A stretch of DNA of 43,731 nucleotides, taken from NCBI GenBank assembly GCA_002718395.1, contig PBEG01000013.1:1-43731 (forward strand). The letters run 5' to 3'. The notes below the pieces were generated by a model that was not told the origin of the DNA, ran no database searches, and saw only the letters and a list, made by a program, of their open reading frames with translations. This document shows, piece after piece, positions 9,553 through 19,180 of this stretch. Origin of the DNA: Chloroflexota bacterium. GTDB taxonomy: Bacteria > Chloroflexota > Dehalococcoidia > UBA2979. The first letter of the stretch is position 1. Each line of letters begins with the position of its first letter. Position numbers and translations under genes: made by a program.

Positions 9553-10815
9553 ATGACTAGTCAACTTTTAAAAGGTATTAACGTTCTCGAAATTGCTGAA
9601 GTGTGGGCAGGACCATTTGGCTGCTCTTTAATGGGAGATCTTGGTGCTGATGTAATTAAAGTAGAAAGTTATCCTAGAAAATCTGAAACTCGAAATGCAG
9701 GAGATCCTAAGTTAGATCCTAGAGTAGCTGAGGGAGAAGGACCAATTTATGAACGCATTAATACTCATCATCATGGAAATAGAAATAAGCGTAATTTAGC
9801 CCTAGATATTAGAACTCCTGAAGGAAGGGAAGTTCTGACGAGATTAATTAAATGGGGGGATATTCTTGTAGAAAGTTTTTCAGCTGGTACTATTGATAGA
9901 CTTGGATACGGCTGGGATACAGTTAGGGAAATTAACGAAAGAATAACTATGTTATCTCTTGCAGGTTGGGGGCAAGAAGGCCCTTACCTTGGAAGAATTA
10001 TGTTTGGTGTAGGCTTTGATGCAATGGCTGGCCATTCGTTAATTCGTGGTTATCAAAATGGTACTCCTGAAGAGATGATACCAATATTACATTCAGATGC
10101 TACAGTCCCATTGACTTGGATCGTAGCAGTGTTAGGTTCGTTAATTGAAAGAGAACGCTCTGGTAAAGGAAGTTATATTGACCTAGCGCAAATTGAAGAT
10201 CTGGCTTGGCAATTTCCTGGTATTATTTCTGAATGGAAAATGAATAATAGAGTTGCAAGTCCTGTTGCTAACTCTGATCCAAGTATTGTGCCGCATGGTT
10301 GCTATAAATCTGCAGGAGAAGATAGCTGGATTAATATTGCAGCTGAAACTGACTCACAATGGGAAAGTTTAGTCACAATGATGGGTCATTCAGAATGGGC
10401 TGAACTCAAACACCCATGGTCCTCAATTATTGGGAGAATTGATAGCAGAGCAGATATTAATTCTCATATTAACCAATTTACTAAAGATTATGATTCTTTT
10501 GATTTAGCAGATAAACTCCAAGCGCAAGGAATCATTGCTGCTCCTGTACTATCTCCTCCTGATCCTCTAATGAGTCCACAATTGCATGATAGAAATTGGT
10601 TTCAAATTATTGATCACCCATATATTCCTGAAAGATTGTTAGGAGGGTTTTTGTGGAAGATAGAACCAGACCCACCTTCTTGGGATCAAAGGGCAGCTTT
10701 AGTCGGTGAAAATAATGATGAAATTCTAATGCAGCTTGGTTTCTCATCTGATGATATCTTGCAAATGAGAAAAAAAGAGGTCATTGGTGATTCTTATGAT
10801 GAGGCAACACGCTAA
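9553..10815 (+). CDS. Family III CoA-transferase, catalytic-type subunit (type B, copy 2)
   Basis: VWAGP, DLGADVIKVES, GNRNKRN, HSDATV, PHGCY; paralog of 7009-8253; RBS AAGGGG. Confidence 0.92.
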   Translation: MTSQLLKGINVLEIAEVWAGPFGCSLMGDLGADVIKVESYPRKSETRNAGDPKLDPRVAEGEGPIYERINTHHHGNRNKRNLALDIRTPEGREVLTRLIKWGDILVESFSAGTIDRLGYGWDTVREINERITMLSLAGWGQEGPYLGRIMFGVGFDAMAGHSLIRGYQNGTPEEMIPILHSDATVPLTWIVAVLGSLIERERSGKGSYIDLAQIEDLAWQFPGIISEWKMNNRVASPVANSDPSIVPHGCYKSAGEDSWINIAAETDSQWESLVTMMGHSEWAELKHPWSSIIGRIDSRADINSHINQFTKDYDSFDLADKLQAQGIIAAPVLSPPDPLMSPQLHDRNWFQIIDHPYIPERLLGGFLWKIEPDPPSWDQRAALVGENNDEILMQLGFSSDDILQMRKKEVIGDSYDEATR

Positions 10816-10830
10816 AGGAGCTTGGTATAA

Positions 10831-12210
10831 ATGGCGAGTAAATATGATTTTTTCGAAGATTTTTTCGATCTGATTAATTTCAGAGGGCAAGCAAAAAGAA
10901 AAGCGACATTAAAACGTTTTACTCAGCCTGCTCAAAATTTTATTAATACTGAGATATCAAGTGGCATAATTATTATAATTGCTGTATTGATAGCATTAGT
11001 AATAGCTAATTCTCCTTTAGACAACCTTTATTATGATTTTGTTCATTTAAAAATTAAACTTGCAATTGGTGATAATGTTCTTTCAGGTGATTTGCATTAT
11101 TGGATTAATGATGCAGCCATGGTGATTTTTTTCTTTTTAGTAGGAACGGAAATAAAAAGAGAGGTATTAGTAGGCGAACTTGCTGATAAAAAAAGTTTGC
11201 CCGTTCCATTACTAGGCGCTTTAGGGGGCATGATAGTTCCAGTATTAATTTTTTTACTTATTCTTGATGATCCCGCTGCTCGATCTGGCTGGGGAATTCC
11301 AATGGCAACTGATATTGCAATAGCCTTAGGTGCTATTGCTCTGCTAGGGGAACGAGTCCCTTCAGGATTAAAAGTGATCTTACTTGCAGTTGCTATAGTT
11401 GATGACATTGGTTCTATTCTAGTGATTGCGTTGTTTTACACAGACACAATTTCACTTGCTTATCTGGTTGCTGTTGGTTTCATTCTAACTTTAATCGCCC
11501 TTAGTAATTATGTAGGAATTCGATCAATATTGCTTTATAGTTTTATGGGATTAATTGCATGGATTTGTGCAAGTCAATCAGGCATTCATCCGACAATATT
11601 AGGTGTCATATTAGGGTTTATGACCCCATGGAAATCTTGGTACCCAACAAAAGCTTTTCCAGAAATAGCAAATAAATTACTTCTAAGAATTAAGAAAAGT
11701 TTAACAGATTCAGAGGAAGATATTGACGTTGAAAAAGCCGAACAAGATTTACTCGCAATGAGTGATATTGCCACAGAATCTGTTTCACCTTTGCATAGGA
11801 TTGAAGTTATTTTGTTACCCTGGTCAGCTTTCCTTATAGTCCCAATCTTTGCGTTTGTTAATGCAGGAATTGATGTAGGCGAAGGCGCTTTATCTGAAGC
11901 ACTTAGTTCATCTTTGACATATGCAATTGCAGTTGGTTTGTTGATAGGTAAGCCAATTGGCATAACAGCTGGAGTATGGCTTGCTGTAAAATCAGGAGCA
12001 AAATTTCCAAGAGGAGTGAACTATACTAATATTTTTGGTATGGGAATGATTGCAGGTATTGGTTTTACTGTTGCTTTGTTTATTACTGAGCTTGCTTATG
12101 TTGATGAATTGTTTTTAAGAGATGCGAAAATGGGTATATTAATTGCCTCTTTTTTAGCAGCAATATTTGGCTATCTGATGTTGCGAATATCCTCTAAATT
12201 AGCAGAGTAG
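10831..12210 (+). CDS. nhaA: Na+/H+ antiporter NhaA
   Basis: WINDAAM, EIKRE, GGMIVP, GWGIPMATDIA, AIVDD, GKPIGI, GIGFT motifs; AAGGAG RBS. Confidence 0.95.
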   Translation: MASKYDFFEDFFDLINFRGQAKRKATLKRFTQPAQNFINTEISSGIIIIIAVLIALVIANSPLDNLYYDFVHLKIKLAIGDNVLSGDLHYWINDAAMVIFFFLVGTEIKREVLVGELADKKSLPVPLLGALGGMIVPVLIFLLILDDPAARSGWGIPMATDIAIALGAIALLGERVPSGLKVILLAVAIVDDIGSILVIALFYTDTISLAYLVAVGFILTLIALSNYVGIRSILLYSFMGLIAWICASQSGIHPTILGVILGFMTPWKSWYPTKAFPEIANKLLLRIKKSLTDSEEDIDVEKAEQDLLAMSDIATESVSPLHRIEVILLPWSAFLIVPIFAFVNAGIDVGEGALSEALSSSLTYAIAVGLLIGKPIGITAGVWLAVKSGAKFPRGVNYTNIFGMGMIAGIGFTVALFITELAYVDELFLRDAKMGILIASFLAAIFGYLMLRISSKLAE

Positions 12211-12215
12211 ATTTA

Positions 12216-13178
12216 ATGGATTTATTTACTAGTTTGTTTCTCTTGTTGTTTGTACTAATTATTCTCATTAGCGCTGCTTCTGAAATGGTTGAAAGCTCTA
12301 TTTATATTGCAAAAAAACTAAATATTCCAAAAGCAATAATTGGCGCGACAATATTAGCCTATGGGACTTCTAGCCCAGAAATCCTTGTATCATTGCAGGC
12401 CAATTTGAATAATGAAGCTAGTATTGCATTAGGAAATGTTATTGGTTCAAATATTGCAAATGTTTGCATAGGAATGGGTATATTATATTTTTACGGAATA
12501 AAAAAATTAAATATTAAACCAGATTTTACAACTTCAATTCTTTTTTTGATTTTGAGTACTTTCGTTGTTATTTTTCATATGTCTGATGGTGTCATCGCAA
12601 GGCATGAGGGCTTTGTTCAAATTGGTATGTTGATAGCATTAAATGTCTTGTTAATTCGAGAAGCTCGTAATATTGAGAATGAAGCACAAGTTACATTTTC
12701 TGATTATTCTTTTTTTGGTTATAAAACTCATTCGTTAAGTTTAATAAGTTTGATTTTATTTTTTTCTATAATCATTTTAATTTTTTCATCAAACCTAGTT
12801 GTGATTTATGCAATTGAATCATCTGCTTTATTAAAAATTGATGCATCTTTTATAGGTTTATCGATTATTGCTGTTGGCACTAGTCTACCAGAAATTTTAG
12901 TGACTATTGCTTCAATAAAGAAAAAAGAATTTTCAATAGCAGTTGGCAATATAGTAGGTTCAAATATTTTAAATATGTTGGGTGTTTTAGGAATCCCAGC
13001 ATTATTTAGTACTTTTGATATTTCTTCTGATGATCTAAATTATCAAATGATATTTTTATTCTTAAGTTCTGTGTTGATATTTTTACCATTTATTATAGAT
13101 AAATTTCGCAAAACTATAAGTGTTGTATATTTTGGATTGTATCTATTTACGCTGTATTATTTCGGAGTCAATGCTTAA
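12216..13178 (+). CDS. Ca2+/Na+ antiporter (CaCA/YrbG family)
   Basis: Two alpha repeats: GTSSPE...GNVIGSNIAN and GTSLPE...GNIVGSNILN. Confidence 0.92.
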   Translation: MDLFTSLFLLLFVLIILISAASEMVESSIYIAKKLNIPKAIIGATILAYGTSSPEILVSLQANLNNEASIALGNVIGSNIANVCIGMGILYFYGIKKLNIKPDFTTSILFLILSTFVVIFHMSDGVIARHEGFVQIGMLIALNVLLIREARNIENEAQVTFSDYSFFGYKTHSLSLISLILFFSIIILIFSSNLVVIYAIESSALLKIDASFIGLSIIAVGTSLPEILVTIASIKKKEFSIAVGNIVGSNILNMLGVLGIPALFSTFDISSDDLNYQMIFLFLSSVLIFLPFIIDKFRKTISVVYFGLYLFTLYYFGVNA

Positions 13179-13183
13179 AATGG

Positions 13184-13570
13184 CTATGTTTTTTGCATTA
13201 ATAAGGAAGCAATATTCTTTAAAGCTACTGTAATAAGGATGAATCCAAATATTTTTCTTAAGCTTTCTTGATCTAATGAGCCAGCAATTTGTGCTCCAAT
13301 AACTGCCGCGATCACAACAGGAACAATCATTATCATTACTATGTCTTTATCAATAATGTTTTTACTGATATTTCTTGATGTTGCGGACATTGCAGTTACA
13401 ATTACTGCAGCTAAGGAAATACCTTGTGCGATTGATTGTTCAATGCCCTGAATCAACGTCAATGCTGGCACAAAAAGTGTACCTCCCCCTATACCAAGCA
13501 GGCCTCCAGCAGTACCCCCTATAAAACCAATTATGAATGTTATGAGCAGTGAAAATACATCGTTTTCCAT
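13184..13570 (-). CDS. Half-size TauE/SafE (TSUP) family membrane protein
   Basis: GLLGIGGGTLFVP, AQGISL, about 4 TM helices, 128 aa. Confidence 0.85.
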   Translation of the reverse strand: MENDVFSLLITFIIGFIGGTAGGLLGIGGGTLFVPALTLIQGIEQSIAQGISLAAVIVTAMSATSRNISKNIIDKDIVMIMIVPVVIAAVIGAQIAGSLDQESLRKIFGFILITVALKNIASLLMQKT

Positions 13571-13927
13571 TTAAGTACCTAGCAACAATCGAATACCAAC
13601 TATGATGAGAAAGATAGAAAATATGAGTTTTAATCTGCGGTCAGGAGTTACATGCATGATTTTAGCTCCTATTTGACCACCGATAATACCACCCAAACCA
13701 AGGATTAATGCTACTGCCCAATCTATATCACCGCGAATAATATACAGAATTAATGCTGCAGTTGCTCCAAAAATTACTATGACTAATGAATTAGCATGGG
13801 CTCGATGTTGTTGCATTTTTGTAAAACTTGTAAATAGTGGCACCATCACTGTGCCACCACCAATACCCGTTAGTCCAGATATGATTCCGCCAATTATACT
13901 TATTATTAAATATTTAATTTTTTTCAT
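13571..13927 (-). CDS. Half-size TauE/SafE (TSUP) family membrane protein
   Basis: GLTGIGGGTVMVP, AHANSL, GGQIGA, 118 aa. Confidence 0.85.
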   Translation of the reverse strand: MKKIKYLIISIIGGIISGLTGIGGGTVMVPLFTSFTKMQQHRAHANSLVIVIFGATAALILYIIRGDIDWAVALILGLGGIIGGQIGAKIMHVTPDRRLKLIFSIFLIIVGIRLLLGT

Positions 13928-13929
13928 TT

Positions 13930-15447
13930 TTATTTATCTGTTTTACTAGCATACTCTTTTTTTAGTTGACTACGCTTAATTTTCCCATTTCTTGTCCTAG
14001 GAATTTTACTAATTGGATATATTGCATGTGGCATTTTGTATTTCGCTAAAGTTTTCGCTAGTGTATTTTTAAATTTTTCTTCTGAAAAATTACTTTCATT
14101 ATCTAAAACAACTACTGCATAAATTAGTGTTTTATTTTCACTTGCTTTAATGCCAAAGACAGCAGATTCATTAACGTTATCTAATGCATCTAATGCTGCT
14201 TCAACTTCTACAGGGGAAACTCTATATCCAAATGATTTAATTATTTCATCGCTTCTGCCATGAAACCAAATATAACCATCTTCATCAATCGAAGCTGTGT
14301 CTCCACCAATAAACCAATCTCCCCTAAAAACTTCTTTTTCTTCTTCTGGCCTTTTCCAATAACCTAACATTAGTCCATGATCAGATTTATGTGAAGCTAG
14401 TAATCCAACCTCATTGACTTGCAAGGGGGTGGTTCCATTTTCTTCAGGCAGAATAACAATTTTGCGACCTGGTTGTGGTTTTCCTGGAGAACCAGCCTTG
14501 ATTGCTATATTTTGATGTGTGGAAATATATGTTGACAGTTCGGTCATACCTAATGCTTCATATAAGTCTGTTCCTACTTTTGCTTGCCATTCTTTTAAGA
14601 CTTCTTTCGGAAGCGGCTCACCAGAACAAAGACCATATCTCAGCGAATTTAAACTTTTTTTACTAATCTCTACATATTTTAAAATTTGTCTATAGATGGT
14701 TGGTACTGCTACAAATATAGAAATATGATGTTGCTTAATCATTTCAACCCATTTATTTGGTTCTTTTGAGCCGTTATATAAGTGAGCATGTCCACCCGCA
14801 AGCCATACATCCATCAACCCAACACCCAGTGTAAACGTCCAGTTCAATGTTCCAGCATGCAAGACATTATCATCAGCTTGATAATGCTCCCATCCCTCTT
14901 TCATGAGTTTTCGGCCAAGTATTGTTCTGTGAGCATGTAAGACACCTTTTGGCTTAGATGTTGTTCCTGATGTATAAACCATGAATGCGGGTGCATTAGC
15001 AGTCGCTTTACTTGAGTACATCTCATTTTTTGAAATTGATTGATTTAATCGTTCAGGAGATATTAAATTGTAATTCCCTTCATATGTCTTCTTCGTTTCT
15101 GTCGTAATAATTTCTTTTGCTGTACTGTCTTTTAACAGAAAATTGATTTCTTGATCAGATAGCTCTGGAGAAGCAGGAATTGGTATTTTATCAGCTAAAA
15201 TTGATGCAAAGAAGCAAAAAGCATATTCAGCTGAATGCGGCATGCGAATTAATATTTTAGAATTTGTACTTTTGATAACTTTGTTTAAATTAGTCGCGTA
15301 CACATTTAAAATATTCCATAATTCTTCATAACTCCATGTTTGACTACTTGTGTCATCAATGAATGTAAATGCAGGTTTATTTTTAGATTGTGGATCTTGA
15401 GACCATTTTTCTAAACATTCTTTAGTGAGATTAAAAATTTCATTCAT
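13930..15447 (-). CDS. Acyl-CoA synthetase (AMP-binding, ANL superfamily)
   Basis: YTSGTTSKPKG P-loop, GMTE, GDTASIDEDGYIWFHGRSD, PRTRNGKIKR catalytic Lys. Confidence 0.93.
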   Translation of the reverse strand: MNEIFNLTKECLEKWSQDPQSKNKPAFTFIDDTSSQTWSYEELWNILNVYATNLNKVIKSTNSKILIRMPHSAEYAFCFFASILADKIPIPASPELSDQEINFLLKDSTAKEIITTETKKTYEGNYNLISPERLNQSISKNEMYSSKATANAPAFMVYTSGTTSKPKGVLHAHRTILGRKLMKEGWEHYQADDNVLHAGTLNWTFTLGVGLMDVWLAGGHAHLYNGSKEPNKWVEMIKQHHISIFVAVPTIYRQILKYVEISKKSLNSLRYGLCSGEPLPKEVLKEWQAKVGTDLYEALGMTELSTYISTHQNIAIKAGSPGKPQPGRKIVILPEENGTTPLQVNEVGLLASHKSDHGLMLGYWKRPEEEKEVFRGDWFIGGDTASIDEDGYIWFHGRSDEIIKSFGYRVSPVEVEAALDALDNVNESAVFGIKASENKTLIYAVVVLDNESNFSEEKFKNTLAKTLAKYKMPHAIYPISKIPRTRNGKIKRSQLKKEYASKTDK

Positions 15448-15533
15448 TATAATTTTTTCTTTATTTGAAGTTAATTTTTTGAATTACCAATCAAGCATAT
15501 AATTAACTTATTATATAGAAAAGAGGAGTTGAT

Positions 15534-16685
15534 TTGGAATCTGATTTTGATGTTGTTATAATTGGTGCAGGTGTAGTTGGGCTTGCAATTGGAGCAAGCA
15601 TTTCTGATAATCAACGAACATTAATTATTGAAAAGAATTCAAATTTTGGCTTAGAGTCATCAAGTCATAACAGTGAAGTCATTCATGCAGGTATCTATTA
15701 TCCTATTAATTCCAATAAACATTTGTTTTGCTTAGAAGGAAATAAACTTCTATATGAATGGTGTAATAGATATCAAATAAAGCATAAGCGTGTAGGAAAG
15801 ATTGTCAATGCAATTAATCAAGGTGACCTAAATAATCTTGAACATGCATGGCATTTAGCATCTGAAAGTGGAGCTAGAGTTAGAAGATTGACACTTAATG
15901 AATTAAATGAATATAGAAAAAATATCGCTATTGAGGATGGTTTTTTTTCTGAGGATACTGGAATTTTAGATTCTGTAAGTTTTTTGAAATCATTAGAATA
16001 TTTTGCTAAACAAAATGAAACTTTTTTTTCATATAATACTATCCCTATTAATATTCAGAAAAATAAAAATAACTTTAAAATTCAAATCAAAAATTATGAT
16101 AGTTCTGAAGATGAGATTACTGCGAATTTGATAATCAATGCAGCTGGACATGGTGCACCTGAAATTGCTGCATTGATAGGGTATAAAATTGATGGAGATG
16201 ATCCTAATGTGCCAATACTAAGACAACACGTAAACAGAGGTGTTTATTTTGATATTATCAATAATAAAATTAATCATTCGATCAATAATTTAGTTTACCC
16301 TGTGCCAATTAATCGAGAAAAAATGCAAGACCACATTAATACTTCAGGTGGCTTAGGCATTCATTTAACAAAAACTTTGGATGGTGATCTTAAATTAGGT
16401 CCAGATGCCGAATGGTTAAATAATGATGATGAAATGGATTATATTAATAATGGTAAAAAGGCTCAACAGTTTTATATTGCTGGGAAAAGTATTCTGCCTA
16501 AATTAAATATTGAAGATATTGTACCTGCTCATGTTGGTTATCGTTCTAGGCTTCAGACCAAAAATAATCAATATGCTGATTTTTTGATTTGGCAGGACAA
16601 ACAATATATTCATTTAGGAGGCATTGAGTCCCCAGGTTTGACTGCGAGTTTAGCTATTGCAAAAAAAATCAAAAATTTATTATAA
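15534..16685 (+). CDS. FAD-dependent oxidoreductase, L-2-hydroxyglutarate oxidase/dehydrogenase (LhgO)-like
   Basis: GAGVVG FAD motif, SSHNSEVIHAGIYY, GLGIHLT, GIESPGLTASLAIA; TTG start after AGAGGAG. Confidence 0.85.
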   Translation: MESDFDVVIIGAGVVGLAIGASISDNQRTLIIEKNSNFGLESSSHNSEVIHAGIYYPINSNKHLFCLEGNKLLYEWCNRYQIKHKRVGKIVNAINQGDLNNLEHAWHLASESGARVRRLTLNELNEYRKNIAIEDGFFSEDTGILDSVSFLKSLEYFAKQNETFFSYNTIPINIQKNKNNFKIQIKNYDSSEDEITANLIINAAGHGAPEIAALIGYKIDGDDPNVPILRQHVNRGVYFDIINNKINHSINNLVYPVPINREKMQDHINTSGGLGIHLTKTLDGDLKLGPDAEWLNNDDEMDYINNGKKAQQFYIAGKSILPKLNIEDIVPAHVGYRSRLQTKNNQYADFLIWQDKQYIHLGGIESPGLTASLAIAKKIKNLL

Positions 16686-16769
16686 AACACTGATTTATTT
16701 TCCTATCGCAATTCATGACGATTTCTGATAGTTTAGTTCTTGTTATTGAATATTAGCGAATTTGTAATT

Positions 16770-17300
16770 ATGTCGAAAAAAAATATATTTCCAATAGATG
16801 CAAGCCAAATTCTTTTTTTTGCAAGATCTATTAATGAAGAGAATCCAATTTATTATGATGTTGAATATGCTCAATCAAAAGGTCTTAAAGGAACTATTGC
16901 TCCATTGACTTTTGTTGAGGCATATCATCAGTTCGATTCAACTTATAGATTGAGACCTAATCCAGATAAAAAATGGCCTGGAACACCACGGCAAAAAATT
17001 ACTGAATCTAAAAAAAATGACAAGCAAAAAAAGAAAAGTCAGTCGAAGGGTGGCACTGGCTTACATGCTGAACAACATTTTGAATATCATCTGCCTGTTT
17101 ATAGTGGCGACGTACTCCATTGGAAAGATGGTGAATTAAAATCATGGGAACGAGAAGGTAAAAAAGGAGGCAAACTTATCTTTACTGAATATAGCACTCA
17201 ATTTTTTAATCAAAATGATGAATTAGTCGTTACAGCAAGAAAGGTAACTGTGATAACAGAAAAAGTTGTAAAAGAAGAAGACGGAAAAAAATCATCATGA
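16770..17300 (+). CDS. MaoC-family N-terminal-type hot-dog (FAS1-like dehydratase) subunit
   Basis: FARSINEENPIYYD, IAPLTF, LHAEQHFEYHLPV, NQNDELV; start moved to ATG 16770. Confidence 0.85.
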   Translation: MSKKNIFPIDASQILFFARSINEENPIYYDVEYAQSKGLKGTIAPLTFVEAYHQFDSTYRLRPNPDKKWPGTPRQKITESKKNDKQKKKSQSKGGTGLHAEQHFEYHLPVYSGDVLHWKDGELKSWEREGKKGGKLIFTEYSTQFFNQNDELVVTARKVTVITEKVVKEEDGKKSS

Positions 17301-17716
17301 ATGAGTCTATTAATAGCTTAGAAGTCGGACAAGAATTTACTGAAGTTGTTGTAGAGAATTTGACGCGTACACAAATTGTTCAATATGCAGGTGCATCTGG
17401 TGATTTTAATCCTTTGCATACTGATGAACCATTTGCAACAGAAATAGCAGGGTATCCATCAACTTTTGCTCACGGCATGCTAGGGATGGCTTTAACTGGC
17501 AAATTATTAACTAAGCTTTTTGATAATGTCACTATTAAGAAATTTGGTGTTAGATTTCAAAATATTATTTGGCCTGGCGATACATTAATTACTAAAATTG
17601 TTATTGATAAAATTGAGAGTGATGCTGAAAGTAAATTTATTGAATTATCAATTCATACTTCTAATCAAGCAGATAAAATTGTTTTAAGTGGTTCAGCATC
17701 TATAGAGACTCAGTAG
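17297..17716 (+). CDS. MaoC-family (R)-specific enoyl-CoA hydratase/dehydratase
   Basis: YAGASGDFNPLHTD hydratase-2 motif (Asp/His dyad), AHGML; ATGA overlap with the upstream gene. Confidence 0.92.
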   Translation: MNESINSLEVGQEFTEVVVENLTRTQIVQYAGASGDFNPLHTDEPFATEIAGYPSTFAHGMLGMALTGKLLTKLFDNVTIKKFGVRFQNIIWPGDTLITKIVIDKIESDAESKFIELSIHTSNQADKIVLSGSASIETQ

Positions 17717-17717
17717 A

Positions 17718-19178
17718 CTAATCAATATTAATTATTATTCGATCATCAATCACTGCTATTAATTCATTATCAATGATTGCAATTTGATTAAGCTTACCTC
17801 GATTTATTCCTATCCGGTTTACTTCTTTCCCAGTATCGGTATCTAAAGTTACTAGATCATTTCCAATTCCTAGAACTAAGCCAGATTTTGTGATAATTGG
17901 ATCAGTGACGGTATTGTCATAATCAACTTGCCAGTTGAACGTGCCTGTTGTTTTATCAATTGATTTTATTGAACCATCATAATGTGCAGTAAAAATACTA
18001 GTTTTATTTACTGCAGGTATTTTTAAGTGTGTAATAGTTCTTCTCAAGCTTCCTTTACCTAAACTAGTTATCCAGTTATTGTCATCTCTAGGTATAATAG
18101 GAGCCATATTCCAGCCCATAAGTTGACCCCAAATAAATCTAAGAGTAGGAATTTTATCCCACCAATAACCTCTAGCCTCTTTACTAATAGAACCTACTTC
18201 ATTCTTTGCAAAAACATAGAAATTATCTCCTTCAGTATAGGTATGTTCTACCCAGCTAGTTCTATGTCTGTGAAGTATTTCACCAGTTTTTCGATCTATG
18301 TGCACTAAAATACTGGACGTAGAGATGATAAGTATTTCGTTATTTGCAGAAACAGCTGTTGCAGGAAATTCATTAAGATTTTGTATTTTTTTAGACCAAA
18401 TTAAATCACCATTATTAACATCAAAAAAGTACATTGAATTTAAAGAATTTGCATAAATTACTCCATCTACTATGCTTATACCGGTTAAAAAAACATCATC
18501 AGTTGCTGTTTGCCAAACTGTTCTGCCCGTTGCAATTTCAACTGCATTCATAATGCCATCTCTTTGAGGAAAATACACTTTGTCTTCAATGATTATTGGA
18601 GTACTATCTAATAGTCCAGGAACTTTTTTAGTCCAAACTAATTGACCGGTTTCTTTTGAAATTGCATTGAGTTCACCATTAACTAATGCATAAATAATAA
18701 AATTTTTATTTCCAATAATGTTCGTTGACAATCCCTTCATATTGAATAATTTGGGAAGTTTCATCTGGTGTTCCCACAAAACATTACCATTTAAATCAAA
18801 GTTTTTATTAAGGCTTCTCATGCCAGTTGATTGTCCATATTCACTTGGCCATGATGCACCATCACTAATTACTGCAATTGCAGTACTGCCAGTTGGGAGA
18901 GGAGGAACAATTCTATATTTAGTGACATATAATAAATGACCAAAAATAAAAATAATAAAATAGATTGAAATTGCTGTCAAAAATAAAAATCTTTTTCGAA
19001 GAAAATTTGATTGGTCTTTGAGTCTCGTAGCTTTGTCTACAAATGTCTTATTTTGTTCATTGTTAACCCTTTTCATTACGGATACATTGCGGAGATTATA
19101 GAGGCATTTTCTACAAATTTGTGAATTTGCATTTACTTCAATAGAACAACGAGGGCATATTTTATATTCTTGTTCCAT
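17718..19178 (-). CDS. Membrane-anchored PQQ-like beta-propeller protein with N-terminal zinc ribbon
   Basis: CPRC..CRKC, one TM helix, repeated (T/N)GxxxW Trp-docking motifs (TGQLVW, TGRTVW, NGDLIW, TGTFNW). Confidence 0.8.
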   Translation of the reverse strand: MEQEYKICPRCSIEVNANSQICRKCLYNLRNVSVMKRVNNEQNKTFVDKATRLKDQSNFLRKRFLFLTAISIYFIIFIFGHLLYVTKYRIVPPLPTGSTAIAVISDGASWPSEYGQSTGMRSLNKNFDLNGNVLWEHQMKLPKLFNMKGLSTNIIGNKNFIIYALVNGELNAISKETGQLVWTKKVPGLLDSTPIIIEDKVYFPQRDGIMNAVEIATGRTVWQTATDDVFLTGISIVDGVIYANSLNSMYFFDVNNGDLIWSKKIQNLNEFPATAVSANNEILIISTSSILVHIDRKTGEILHRHRTSWVEHTYTEGDNFYVFAKNEVGSISKEARGYWWDKIPTLRFIWGQLMGWNMAPIIPRDDNNWITSLGKGSLRRTITHLKIPAVNKTSIFTAHYDGSIKSIDKTTGTFNWQVDYDNTVTDPIITKSGLVLGIGNDLVTLDTDTGKEVNRIGINRGKLNQIAIIDNELIAVIDDRIIINID

Positions 19179-19180
19179 AT

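Noticed and set aside
16703-16731. Weak hairpin CTATC...GATAG in the intergenic region after the LhgO-like gene
   Set aside because: Multiple mismatches and no clean U-tract; cannot be called a terminator or riboswitch.
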